Shown: positions 26,793 through 39,029 of the stretch, one piece after another
Numbering within the stretch: position 1 is the first letter of the stretch
Layout: every line of letters begins with the position of its first letter
Source of the DNA: Psammoneis japonica
Lineage: Eukaryota
Reading direction: 5' to 3'
Assembly: GCA_008632985.1 (NCBI GenBank)
Contig: QPGO01000241.1
Coordinates: forward strand, 1-64,000
Length of the DNA: 64,000 bases
Program-made: the position numbers and the translations under genes
Notes under the pieces: generated by a model
The model's input: only the letters and a program-made list of their open reading frames with translations
Told to the model about the DNA's origin: nothing
Databases searched by the model: none

Positions 26793-27277
26793 GCACTGGC
26801 ACAAAAATCACGTAGAATTTTTGCGTAGAAAAAAATCACAAAAATCAGGGTTTGGGCCGACATTTTTCTCGTGCTTCTGCCGTGCTTCTCGGCTCCACCG
26901 ACGCCTCAAGGAATCGTTTTCCCTGAAACCATTGACACTTTGCATGATGACATTTACATGAGCAACACCATTCTGTGCATGAACACTTCAAAATTCCATT
27001 TTCAGAAATTTGATCAGCACTTCACTGTGGTCCCACCACGGCGAACATCATCCAATTGTGGAATTTTGCCGAACGGTGGACATCGTCGTGTTTGTCATCA
27101 AAAAGCAAGTGTGCAAAGTGTCAACCATTATGACTGAAATCGATTCCTTGAGGTCGTGGCCCATTTTTCGCAAAGCATGATAAAAGCACAATGAACAAGA
27201 CATTCTACGTGAATTTTCTACGTGAGTTTTGCACCAGAAATCGGCCCAAACCCTGTTTTTCGGGGCCCATGGCCCCT
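26793..27277. mobile_element. Putative MITE inside the copia 5' region
   Basis: Inverted motifs CAGGGTTTGGGCCGA (~26846) / TCGGCCCAAACCCTG (~27241) and CACGTAGAA / TTCTACGTG. Flanking inverted AGCCATGTGCA / TGCACATGGCT. Ends uncertain. Confidence 0.5.
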
Positions 27278-30200
27278 GCACATGGCTTGTTGGCACCCGC
27301 AGTGGACGTTGATGATGTTCTGCAGACATGTGGTGTTGCTGACATCAATGCAAGAGCTCACTTGGTGCATCATGGTGGATTTGCGACACTGGAGAACATT
27401 GCAGTCATGGAAGGCGATTCGGACGTGGAAGACATGGCAAACAGGGTTGGCCATCGTGCCAACCAGATGGGAGAGTGACACTTGGCACTGTCCAAATTAA
27501 GAATCTACAAGCTTTGGTCTGGTGGCTTTGTGATCATTGGAAGCATGACCTTGCATTGGATGCAGAGCACTGTTTAATCAGGCAGCACCAGTTGATGCTC
27601 GCCAGAAGAAGCGCATGGAAAAAGACATGGTTGAATCAGAAGCATCGGCCAGCTCATTGCCTGTGTTCAAGTTGGAGGATTTTGACATGATGGAGGATGC
27701 ATTTCTGAACCTCTTGTCACAGAAGGTTGGGACACTGAAAGAACCATTGCGTCATGTGGTGCCGGCCACATTTGTTGACACAGTTGAGCAGCGCATGTGT
27801 CAATTGGCTTTGAATGGGACGGGATTCAATCAGGATGATTGCACTGTGCATTGTCTGTTGAAAGCTTGCCTGGTGGACACAGAAGCAGTGACATGGATTG
27901 AGGCCTGCAATGGCACAGAGATGCTTTCTGGGCATGGGCAAACCCATTCAATGGACAGGGAGAGCTTGGCAAGTGCACCCAATTGCCATCAGCAATCACC
28001 AGGTTGTTGCACTGCAAGAACAAGCACCACTTGTTGTTTGAATGGTGCACAGCAAAACTTGCCAGTGCATTTGCATTTTTGGCAAAGGATGACCAGCACA
28101 AGACAGACAGGCAGAAAGTTGAGATTCTCCAAAGAGGGATTAAGACTGACAATTTTTGGCTGCAGGCTTGCATTCCCGTGATCAGTCAGCAGTGTCCTCG
28201 TGACTTTCCTGGCACACAAGCATTCTTTTCCACTGAAGTTTTTTGCTCACATGGCACATCTCAGTTAGAGAGGCTCAGTGTTGTTCAATGCATGAGATGC
28301 CGGAAATGTCCCGTGAGGGAGGCCCAGGTGGGGGCTTTGCTTGAGGTGGTGGTCGAGGCCCCCAAGGAGGTGGTGGTCAAGGTTGTGGGCCTGGAGGCTG
28401 TGGCAGGGGACGATTCGGTGGCAGGAGAGGTGCAAGTGCAATGATCAAGCATCTGAACCCACTTGTGCCTTTTCCCCAGATAAATGGCAGCAACCAAGGT
28501 TCAATGGTGGCCAAGCGCATGTCATGCAAGCCTGTGAGCAGATGGCCGGATGTGGTGGTGGTCCCAGACGTGGACATGGTGGCCCCGGTGGATGACAGGT
28601 GGCTGGTGCATGCCAGAGACCAGACAAATCAACACAACAACAACGGGAACAGCCACCAGCTGATGTGGCAAGTGCAGGGCGTGGACGTGGACACGAGAAT
28701 GAAAAAGGGGGCAGACATGGAGCAGGTTTCAGTCGTGGAGCCTGCACATGTACCTGACGGTGTGGGGTGACAGCCACTTCAGCTTTGCTTGCATGTCACA
28801 CAAACATGATTGCATTGTCTCTGCTGTTGTCACTCGTGCCATCTAAACCCCACCCAAACAACACCACAAAGAGCTTCCAAAGGATTGAGGTGACCTCCAA
28901 AAGATTGGTGCAATCAGTGAATGCAATGGCAACCCCAAGCGATGCGGTTCCTGGTCATGTGTCCCACAATGAATGTGACACCCATGCAGACACGTGCTGT
29001 GCAGGAGCAAACTGGAACTTGATGGAGACCACCAATGAAATGTGTGAAGCAAGTCCATTCCTTGAATTGTGTGATCCAGTTGAACATGTCCCAGTTGCGC
29101 GATGTTGCACTGTTTGGACAGATCCAGATGCGACGGACAAATGCTTGTTGGTCGGTGACCAGATGCTGTGGTTCAGACAGCAAATGGAACATTCCCTTTT
29201 CAACCCAAATCAGTTGCAAGCACACAACATGTCAGTCAATGACAACCCTTGTGATCCCCATGAAAGCTTTGGCATTTCAACGGAAGAAATCTTTGTCCCT
29301 TTTCATGCCACGGGGACGGTTGTGTCTTTTGAGTCTTGCGCACCTGCAGAATGGGAAGAACAGAATTTGCCAGCCACTCTGCTTGCAGGTGACACTTGGA
29401 ATCCATCGGAAGTTGACATGGGTTTCCTGAATGAGGCTAGAGAGCAACAGGAGATGCGGGCCATCCAATCATTGACGTCCCACTTGCAAAAGTCAGAAAT
29501 GTCAGAGCCAAGAGTGGAGCGAGACAAGTCTGCGGTGGTCCAATGGAGAGAAGTGGAGGAAGCCATGGCAAGCATTTCCCCAATTCATCACCTTCAGACA
29601 TTTTGTGACTGCATGATTGCATCTGCAAAGATCGCATGCACCTGCATGGAGGACATTGACAAGCTGGAGCAGAAAGTCTCGGAACTTCACACGAAGGATC
29701 GGCACTCAAAGATTGCGGCAGAAGAGCTGGCACAGAAATGGAATGTTGGCCAAGATGCGGCTCAGCAAGGTGTCAGGACAGCAATGCAATCATTGTCAAG
29801 ATGTGTTCAAGTGGACCATTTGGATTTACACCAGAAGAGACTGAAATGGACATGGTTTGCTGACACTCTCATTTCAAAAGTCAAGTCCATTCTCGGCAAC
29901 ACTTGTGCCAATGTTTGCACCCAGGGAAAGTTTGTGAAGGTCATCCCAATGGCAGCTTGGTCAGAAGCGGGACGATCACTGGTTGAGTTCACGGATGATG
30001 TTGGAGTGCCCAAATTCTTGTTAACGGATGGGGCAGGAGAATTTGCTGGCAAGAATGTGGACTTTGTCAAACATGCGAGGTGCATGCGTGTGCAGCTCAG
30101 GAACTCAGAACAAGGCAGGAAGAACCAAAATCACGCAGCAGAATGGGAGATGGGTTTCCCAGCTGAGCTTTGGAGGCTGCAAATGAACAAGAAGAAAGTT

Positions 30201-31925
30201 CTGAAATGATTGTGGGAATCACTGTCGAGAATGGTGCAAGGGCGCGACAGAAGGACCCAACATGAAGAAGCAACAGGGCAAACACCGGAGATCAGGGAGT
30301 GCCTAGATTTTGGATTCTGCGACCCAGTTTGGTGGTGGGATGGACCCAATTCAAAGCCAAGTGCAACTGAAGATCCTGGACAACTCAGGAGGTGGCTTGG
30401 TGTGTCACACAAGGTCAGATCGGACATGTGTCATTGGATTGTAACCAAGAGCGGCAAGTTGGTGTCCAAGACTTCAGTGGAGCACATTGTGCACGCAGAT
30501 CATGTCAAATTGGATAAAAGGAAATGGATTGATGAGTTCAGTGAGGCTTTGACGAGACGGTTGGATGATGCAAACTTTGTCCTTGAGGGCGATGAAGTGG
30601 TCCTAGCATTTTGCTTAGATGATTGCGCGATTGACAAGGACAGTGGAGTGCAGCATGAAGGATGTGCAATGCCAGATGACAAAGAACATGGTGACATGCC
30701 AATGGATGATGAGCGCCCCGATGTTGATGACAAAGAGGCCACAGACCAGTGGGTTGGCATGGAACTAATCCTTGATGTTGGAACAGAAGGAGAAAGACGT
30801 TGTGCAGTCACAAAGAGAGCGAGAGGTCACAATGGTAAACCAACAGGAAGGAGACACCAGAATCCACCATTTGGCACAAGGGAGTGCAAAATTGAGCATG
30901 CGGATGGGACCACAGACAAGCACACCACGAGTGTCACAGTGTAGAATGTGTTTCCTCAGGTTGACGACAAGGGTCATCAGTTCTCTGTTTACATGAAGTG
31001 CAAGACCACAGGATGACACGGGAAGCAATCTCAAAGGATGGTGGTGCAGTCGAGACTGCAGTGGGTCAGAGTGAGAAGAAGACAACAACAAAAGGTTGGG
31101 AGTTGCTGATGGCATGGAAAGACGGCAATTCCGACTGGGTCAAGTTAAAAGACATCAAGGATTCTGACCCCATTGAAGTGGCAGAGCATGCAGTGGCTGA
31201 TCGGATTGCTGATGAACCAGCATTTGCTTGGTGGGTGCCTCATGTGCTGAGGAAGCAGAACAGCATTGTGTCAAAGGTCAAGTCAAAGTGTTGGCAAATC
31301 ACTCACAAGCTTGGGGTCAAGTTGCCAAAGAGCATTGATGAAGCATTGCAGACAGATTGCAAAACAAGGAGATGACTGAGGCAAAGGCAGCATGGGAAAT
31401 GCAGCATGCCTCGCCACTGGACAACATGGCGAGACCGTGCATGAGCCTCTTGTGCGTGGCAACGTAGTGTTGTCAACACGCACCTGGGAAGCACGACCAC
31501 AGGAGGGCGTGGCTCCAGGTCTTGGGCAATTCCAGAAGGATGCTAAGAGAGCATCCGTGTGAAGCACACTGGCCCATCGTCTGGCCCACGATGGTGGCGT
31601 GATTCCACACGATGACATCACTCGTGCATGGCGCGTGATGGCTTGATTCGCACGATCCACAATGCGAACGCACGATCGATTTAATGCGATCCAAATGCGA
31701 ACGAATGGGGATTTGGCAAGATTCCCTGTTCGCACGATCCCATTTTCTCTACTCCAAACTAGCTCACAATTTTCACAACGACAAAGTCGTAACACATCTT
31801 CTTTTTCAGCGCCTGGCACATGCATGGGGCACAGCAACATTGCTCCCGCATGTTGTGCGAGGTAACGAAATCTACAGAAACGAAACTACGAAATGTTGGC
31901 AGGACCGACAAATCTCAAAACGACC

Positions 31926-32969
31926 ATGAAGAAGCGGACCAAGCCGCTGATTCCATTCGCACGGCCGGAGAAGAAAGAGCCACAGCAGGGCGAGTGCCAG
32001 ACGTTCAAGCTGCGCAACAACCCTGCTGATCCAGACAGTCCAACGCACGAGATGGGCATCCTGCACCTTTCTGCGGCTACATGCGAGACACTCCCAATCT
32101 TTCTGCGCAACGTGGATCGCGTGCACAAAGGACAAAACATCACGACCGGGCCAGCGAAATTTGCCCTTGTGCGTGACCTGCTACAGGGCGATGCTCTGAC
32201 ATCATTCAATGATGCCGCTGACAAGCAGGCATCCCAAACCAACGCCACGTGCACAGCATGCGTTGCGAAGCTAAAGGAAGGCATCTTCCCAAATGGGGCG
32301 GCACCATTGCAGAAGCGTCATCTGCGGCGCTTCATGTGCAAGCCCGCAGAGGTTTCCACTCGTGACTGCATTGCGAGGGCTGTTGAAATTAACGGCTGTG
32401 TCTCTCAGTTTCCACCCAGGATGGAGGATGGAGAAACACTGGCACCATCACCCAATGATGAACCACGCGACATGTTCGAGTGCGGTGTGCCGAACGCATG
32501 GCAGAAGTTCATGACGCCACAGAACTTTGACCCGTTGGCGCATGCCATCGCCGAATTTGTGCAGTTCTGTGAGCGCATCGAGCAGGTCGAGCTTGCCGAA
32601 GGTAACCAGGACCAACATGCCAAGGTTCCACGCAAGCGGGGATGTAGAATGGACAATCCTGAGTCGTTGATCACGACCCAGCGGAACACCCAGAAGTCGT
32701 GCATGCTGCACGGGACCAACTGTGGACATGATGTGGAAGATTGCCGTCAGCTCAAGCACCACGTGAAACGTGTCAAGACTGGACATTCCAATGACGGAGG
32801 CGGCAAGCCTGACACAAAACCTCGGAATGAGGAAGATGTCAATGCTCTCATCGGATCGAAGGTCGAGGAGTGCTTTGCCAACGCTCAGAAAAAGCGCAAG
32901 GCCCGCGAGGAGGAGCTCAATCACTTCCGCGACCTCAACTTAAGTGATTCCGAAGATTCGGACGCCTGA
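31926..32969 (+). pseudogene. gag: Gypsy gag (open frame but Tyr-free)
   Basis: FKLRNNPADP..., LQKRHLRRFM, zinc-knuckle-like CMLHGTNCGHDVEDC. No Tyr in ~348 aa. Confidence 0.8.
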
Positions 32970-35900
32970 GAAGGGGGCCGACACGATGCAGGTGGTTTTA
33001 ATGCATTGGACGAATGTGCAAATGAACAACTGAATTGCCATCGTACACATGTTGTGGGCCAATCCCGCAAATGAGTTAAAAAGACTCATCTCACTCCAAT
33101 CTTGTTTGCAGCTGTGAATGCCAAACATGGCAAGGGCAAGACTCAAACCATCAAGGCACTACCAGACAGTGGCGCCAGCAGCACTCTACTCGATGGTCGA
33201 CACTGTAAACGTCTGCGAAGCCATTCAACGGCTGAGACAAACTGGACTACGGTGGCAGGCTCGTTTAGTACGTCTAACGACTGTACCGTTAAATTTCGGT
33301 TACCAGAATTATCCGAAACTGCAGAACTTGAGCACACCGTCCACGTACACAACGGAAAGTTGGGCAAGTACGATATGATTATTGGACGTGACATTCTGGA
33401 GACACAAGGCATTGACATTGTCTTCTCTAAACAGATGATAGAGTGGCCATTAGTCAATGGAGAAGTGCCAATGAGGCACGTAGATGCTACGGTGGAAACC
33501 TCCTTCTATCTTCAAGATCCAGAAGCCTTATCTTCGGAAACTGACCGGATTTCGCGTATTTTAGACGCTAAGCACGCGCCGGCCTGCCTCAAGGACATAA
33601 CGCGAGAGGCAATAGGACTTTCTATGTTCAACAAAACGACCTTTTGGCACTATTGAAACGCCATGAGTCCTTATTTGATGGGACATTAGGAGAATGGAAG
33701 GGAGAACCCTACCATATCCAACTCAAGGAGGGTGTAGAACCATGCCACGCTCGTCCGTGTAAAGTACCTCGTGCGTACGAAGCTACGCTACGTAAAGAAG
33801 TAGAACGCCTGGTGCGCATCGGTGTTCTCAAACGCGTTAACAGATTCCAATGGGCAGCTCCATCATTTGTCATGCCGAAGAAAGACTTAACGGCACGCTT
33901 TGTCAATGATTTCAGAGAGCTGAATAAACGGATCAAGCGATTGCCTCATCCGATTCCTCACATCCAAGATGTGCCACTCAAGCTCGAAGGCTTCATGTGG
34001 GCTGCATCGCTGGGTCCAAACATGGGCCATTGTCATGTCCGATTGGATGCTGACAGCAAGAAGCTCTGCACGCTCATCTTCCCGTGGGGCAAGTGTGAGA
34101 TGCAGGTGTTGCCCATGGGGTTGTGCAGCTCGCCAGACATTCTCCAAGAACGCATGTCAGGCTTGTTTGAAGATCTGTCGTTCGTTCGAACGCACTTGGA
34201 TGACCTTCTCGTCGTGACGAAAGGCACCCATGAAGATCACCTCAACAAACTTGAAGAAGCTTCACTGAGGGTCCAGAAAGCATGACTAAAAGTCATGCCA
34301 CTGAGTCTCACTTCTGTCAAACCCAATTAGAGTGCTTGGGTTGTCTGGTCAACAGAGACGGAGTGTGACCAACACCTGACAAAGTCGACGCCATTGAGCG
34401 AATCGCGACCCCAACCAACAAATGCGACCCACGTTCATTTGTTGGCATGGTGAACTGCCACCGCGACACGTGGATCAGACGTTCTGAAGTCTTGGCTCTG
34501 CCAACACGACTCGCAAGCGAGACTGTCAAGTGGGAATGGACGTCCGTTGAAGACGAGGCATTCGAAACCGTCAAACGGGTGATGTCGGATGATGTTTCAT
34601 TGTCACATCCTGATTTTAACAAACCCTTTGAGATGCACACCGATGCCTCTAAATGTCAATTGGGAGCAGTTGTGTCCCAAGACAATGAACCTGTCGCCTT
34701 TCACAGCAGAAAGCTTGACAATGCGCAACTAAATTGTGCAACAACGGAGAGAGAATTGCTCGCCATTGTGGAGACGTTGAAAGAATTTCGAACGATTCTC
34801 CTTGGTCATCATGTGATCATGTGTGCTGATCATAAAAATCTGTGCACAAAGCACTCAATGCCGAGCGCGTCATGCGCTGGCGGCCAACATGCGAAGAACA
34901 CGGTCCCGAATTATGCCATGTCAAGGGCACCCATGACCCAGTCGCTGATGCTCTCAGTCGCCTTTGACCAGCCACCAGCTTGCCTTCCGAGGCCAATCCG
35001 GATGTAAAAGACACTCCATCGAGTCGTCCTTTGCATGAAGCCTTTAATGCAGATGCTCAAGATGAGCCATCTCTGCCTGTTGGCTTCAAGCGCATTCAAA
35101 AAGCACAACAAAAGGACAAGCGCCTGCTCTCACGAGCTGAGGACTCGTCCGACTGCTCCATTCGTGCGCATCGTGGGGGAGGGTCATCACGACAGTTGAT
35201 CTGTCATAAGGACAAAATTGCAGTGCCACAGTCATTGCAGGCTCCGCTAACTGAATGGTGCCACGAGACACTGTGTCATCCAGGTGAGACACGTGCGGAA
35301 ATGTCCATTGCCCAGCACTTCCATTGGCCCAGTGTGAGGTCTGCGGTGCATTCTACGTGCGTCAAGTGCGATCGATGCCAGAAGACAAAACGCCGAACGC
35401 AGCGTTGTGGGAAGCTGCCAGAAAAGGTCGCAGAGACAATTCCATGGGAGACTCCATGCATGGACATGACAGGGCCATGTAAAATTCAAAGACGCGGAAA
35501 GGACGCCTTGCAATTGTGGGCAGTCACAATGATTGACCCAGCAACCGGGTGGTTCGAGATTAAAGAAGTGTCTGCGAAACGCGCAGACGTCGCAGCAAAC
35601 GTCGTGGAACAAACGTGGCCATGCAGATGTCCGTGGCCAACCCAGGCAGTTTATGACCGTGGGACAGAATTTATGGCAGAATTCAGCCAGATGATTAAAA
35701 ATGACCATGGGATTTTGAAGAAACCCATGAGCAAACGGAATCCACAGGCAAATGCCACAGTGGAACGTGTGCACCAGACACTTGGCAACATGGTGCGTTC
35801 CTTTTCAGTGCAGGATGTGGAACTGGACGAAGATGACCCATGGAGTGGCATCCTCTCCGCAGCAGCCTTCACCATCAGAGCTGCGGCACACATGACCACG

Positions 35901-36224
35901 CGTGCAAGTCCCGTGCAATTGGTCTTCGGACGCGATGCGGTTTTGTCTGTTGCCCATCGTGCTGAGTGGAAGCACATAGAAACCAGAAAGCAGAAGCTTG
36001 TCCACTTGGACAACAAGCGTGAAAATCAGAAACGGAAGGAGCATCAATGTGCCGCAGGGCAATTGGCACTTGTCAAACAGGAACAATCCTCTAAATGCGG
36101 TTCTGACAGCCATGCAGGACCCGCCAGAGTTGTCCGTGCACATGACAACGGCGCGTTGCGCATCCAGAACGGAGCGCTGACAGACACGTGTGATCTACGG
36201 CAGATTGTACCCCATCACCAGTGA
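32970..36224 (+). pseudogene. pol: Gypsy pol (PR-RT-RNaseH-IN), frameshifted
   Basis: PR ALPDSGAS and DMIIGRD; RT RFVNDFRELN, LPMGL, RTHLDDLL; RNase H HTDASK..LGAV..TTERELLAIVE; integrase zinc finger H..H..C..C, DRGTEF, NPQANATVER. Confidence 0.92.
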
Positions 36225-39029
36225 GACATTCTGTCACTTGACGGCCCTGATCATGGGGGAATGTGCAGTGTGCCTCGCTGCTGGACAACACGGCGAGACC
36301 GTGCATGAGCCTCTTGTGCGTGGCAACGCAGTGTTGTCAACACGCACCTGGGAAGCACGACCACAGGAGGGCGTGGCTCTAGGTCTTAGGCAATTCCAGA
36401 AGGATGCTAAGAGAGCATCCGTGTGAAGCACACTAGCCCGTCGTCTGGCCCACGATGGTAGCGTGATTCCACACGATGACATCACTCGTGCATGGCGCGT
36501 GATGGCTTGATTCGCACGATCCATAATGCGAACGCACGATCGATTTAATACGATCCAAATGCGAACGAACAGGGATTTGGCAAGATTCCCCATTCGCACG
36601 ATCCCATTTTCTCCACTCTAAACTAGCTCATAATTTTCACAACGACAAAGTCGTAACACATCTTCTTTTTCAGCGCCCAGTGCATGCACAGGGCAGAAAA
36701 GCATGATGGTGAAACTCTGCAACAAGTTCATGAAGGGAAGAGTCAGAAACTGCATGGACATCAAGAGACACAGTGCCACATGGTGTTTGACATCAAGATG
36801 GACATCACCCGCAAGGCCAGGTTTGCAGCTGGAGGTCATGCTGCAAAAGCACCGGATTCAATCACGCACTCAAGCATTGTCTCGAGGGACAGCACACGAA
36901 TTGCTTTTGTGCCAGCAGCTTTAAACGACGTGGATGTCACTGTGATCCACTTGGAGAATGCTTGCTTGAATGCGCCGTGTGCAGAGCAGATATGGTTTGA
37001 AGGTGGAACTGTGTGTGGCGAGTTCAAAGGGTGCACACTGGTTGCAGTGAGATTGCTTTGTGGATTGAAAAGCACAGGGTTTTTGTGGCAATCAGCATTT
37101 TCTTCTGCTTTGCAAGACACAGGTTTCACACCAACACAAGCAGATCCCGATGTGTCTGCAAGCAGCAGTTTGCGAGGATGGGCACAAACATCATGAGATG
37201 CCATTGGTCTGTGTTGATGACGTGTTGATGACATTGCATCAAGGCAAGTCAGTTGTCAAGTCCATTGCCAAGCATTGCAAGGTCAAGCCTGGGAGTGAAG
37301 GAGAACCCAAGACTCATCTGGGAGCAATGACAGAGAAGATTCAGACACAGGACAGTCACATGATTTGGGCCAGTTCGCCTGAGGACTGCATCAAGAATGC
37401 AATTGAGACAGTTGAAAACCTGCCAAGTGAGGACGGTGATGGTGCAGTCTTGAAGAACAATGTGAAGGACCCATTCCCAGCAAAGCACAAGCCAGAGCTG
37501 GATGTGATGAACGAACCAGGTCCTGATTTGATGTCCCGGTGTTTGAAGCTCATTGGAATTGCGAGATGGGCGATTGAGTTGGGCTGCATTGACATTTTGC
37601 ATGAAGTGTCCTTGCTTTCTTAATGTCAGGTGAACCCAAGGAAGGGCCACTTGGAAGCCTTGTGTCATGCATTTGTGTGCATGAAGAAGCACCCGAGCCA
37701 AGGCAGAGTCAGATTTGATCCCAAGAGTCCCAAGATCAACGAGTTTGTGTTTTTGACAGTGTGGCAGATTGGACCAAATTTTGTGGCAACATCGAGGAGA
37801 GTTGCCACCTAAGATGCCCAAGCCACATGGAAACCTGGCAACCATGCACACTTTTGTTGATGCAAGTTATGCTGGAAACAATGTTGCACACAGGTCACAC
37901 TCCGGCATCATTGTCTTCGTCAACAATTCTCCGATCATGTGGTTCAGCAAACGGCAGAATGCGGTTGAGTTTTCTGCTTTTGGGAGTGAGTTAGTTGCGA
38001 TGCGCATTTGCAAGGATGCGCATGTTTGGAGCACTGCTCAATGGGCCGGCAAATGCATTTTGCAACAACTGTGGTGTGGTGAAGAATGTCAGCATTCCAG
38101 AATCTACATTGCACAAGAAGCACAATGCAGTCAACTGTCATGCAGTGGAGAGGCAGTTGCAGCCAGAATTGTGAGAGTTGGAAAGGAAGATGCAAAGATG
38201 AATTTGGTGGATCTGTTGATGAAGCTTGTGACAGGTGAAAAGCATTGGCAGTTGTGTTCATTCATCTTTTGGTGAAGTCCATTGCAGCCAAGGTCCAGGG
38301 CTTGTAACTCGCACTCATGCCTTGTGATCTCCCAAGCCAGACCAACTGGTGGCAAATTGGGTTTGTGTTTTGCCTCTCAGGGGGAGGATGTTTTGAGCAG
38401 ATGAACCAACACAGCCATGTCGGCTCGTGGGGACCAAGTGAATCCCAGTGGAGTGGTCTGTGTTTGGTCAGTGTGTGGAATGTGTGGGGAGCATGGGAGG
38501 AGAAGCCTGATTGGCTCCTCATGTGACATCCAATTGCACAGGAATGACAATGTAGAAATGAGTGCATCGACAAGACAAGGGCAAGAGTGTTGTGGCACAG
38601 GCCATGACACTGCATCAGCATTTGTTTGAATCTGGGGCTGGAGAGCTCTCCAGTTGCTGGATGGGCTCAACCACTCACAATCTTTGTGTGACAACATGAG
38701 TGCAGCCAACAAGATGCTTCTGGGCCTGTTGCAACTGCCAAAGTCACAACAAGTGAACATGTTTCATGGTGATGAGCTGTTTCCCTCCGACACCACGTCA
38801 CAGTTCCACCACTTCAACTTTTAGAGCACAGAACACAAATTCCTGATGCTCTGGATTTCACTCAGTCCCCTTGAAATGTTCCTGGCAGACTTGACACTTG
38901 ACAGGGACAATTCAGCCTGATGCTGACCCAGTGTCTCCTGAACAACAATCACAATCTCTGAGCATGGCCCAAACCCTCACCAGGGAAGAAAATCACCACC
39001 GCTCCGCATGTCAAGCTCAATGCATGAAT

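Larger units (their letters stand above)
31400..36695 (+). mobile_element. Full-length Ty3/gypsy LTR retrotransposon nested in the copia pol
   Basis: 432-bp LTRs at 31400-31831 and 36264-36695 (TG...CA). GAAA target-site duplication at 31396-31399 and 36696-36699; removing the insert restores host copia W-E-K-H-D-G. PPT GGGGGAA near 36255. Domain order gag-PR-RT-RH-IN. Confidence 0.95.
26080..38630 (+). mobile_element. Near-full-length decayed Ty1/copia (CoDi-like) element, interrupted by a gypsy insertion
   Basis: LTR-like direct repeat at ~26109-26280 and ~38448-38628. Met-PBS-like TGTCAGAGC near 26285, PPT AGGGGGAGGA near 38379. Gag remnants 27280-28770, protease ECDTHADTCCAG (~28970), integrase FADTL..LTDGAGE..NSE, RT LVCVDDVL (37210), RNase H FVDASYAG..WFSKRQNAVE. 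The 5' boundary is approximate. Confidence 0.88.

Noticed and set aside
31832..31850. tRNA primer-binding site or self-priming site of the gypsy element
   Set aside because: There is no clear TGG-initiated PBS and only weak complementarity to the LTR, and the mutation obscures the original sequence.
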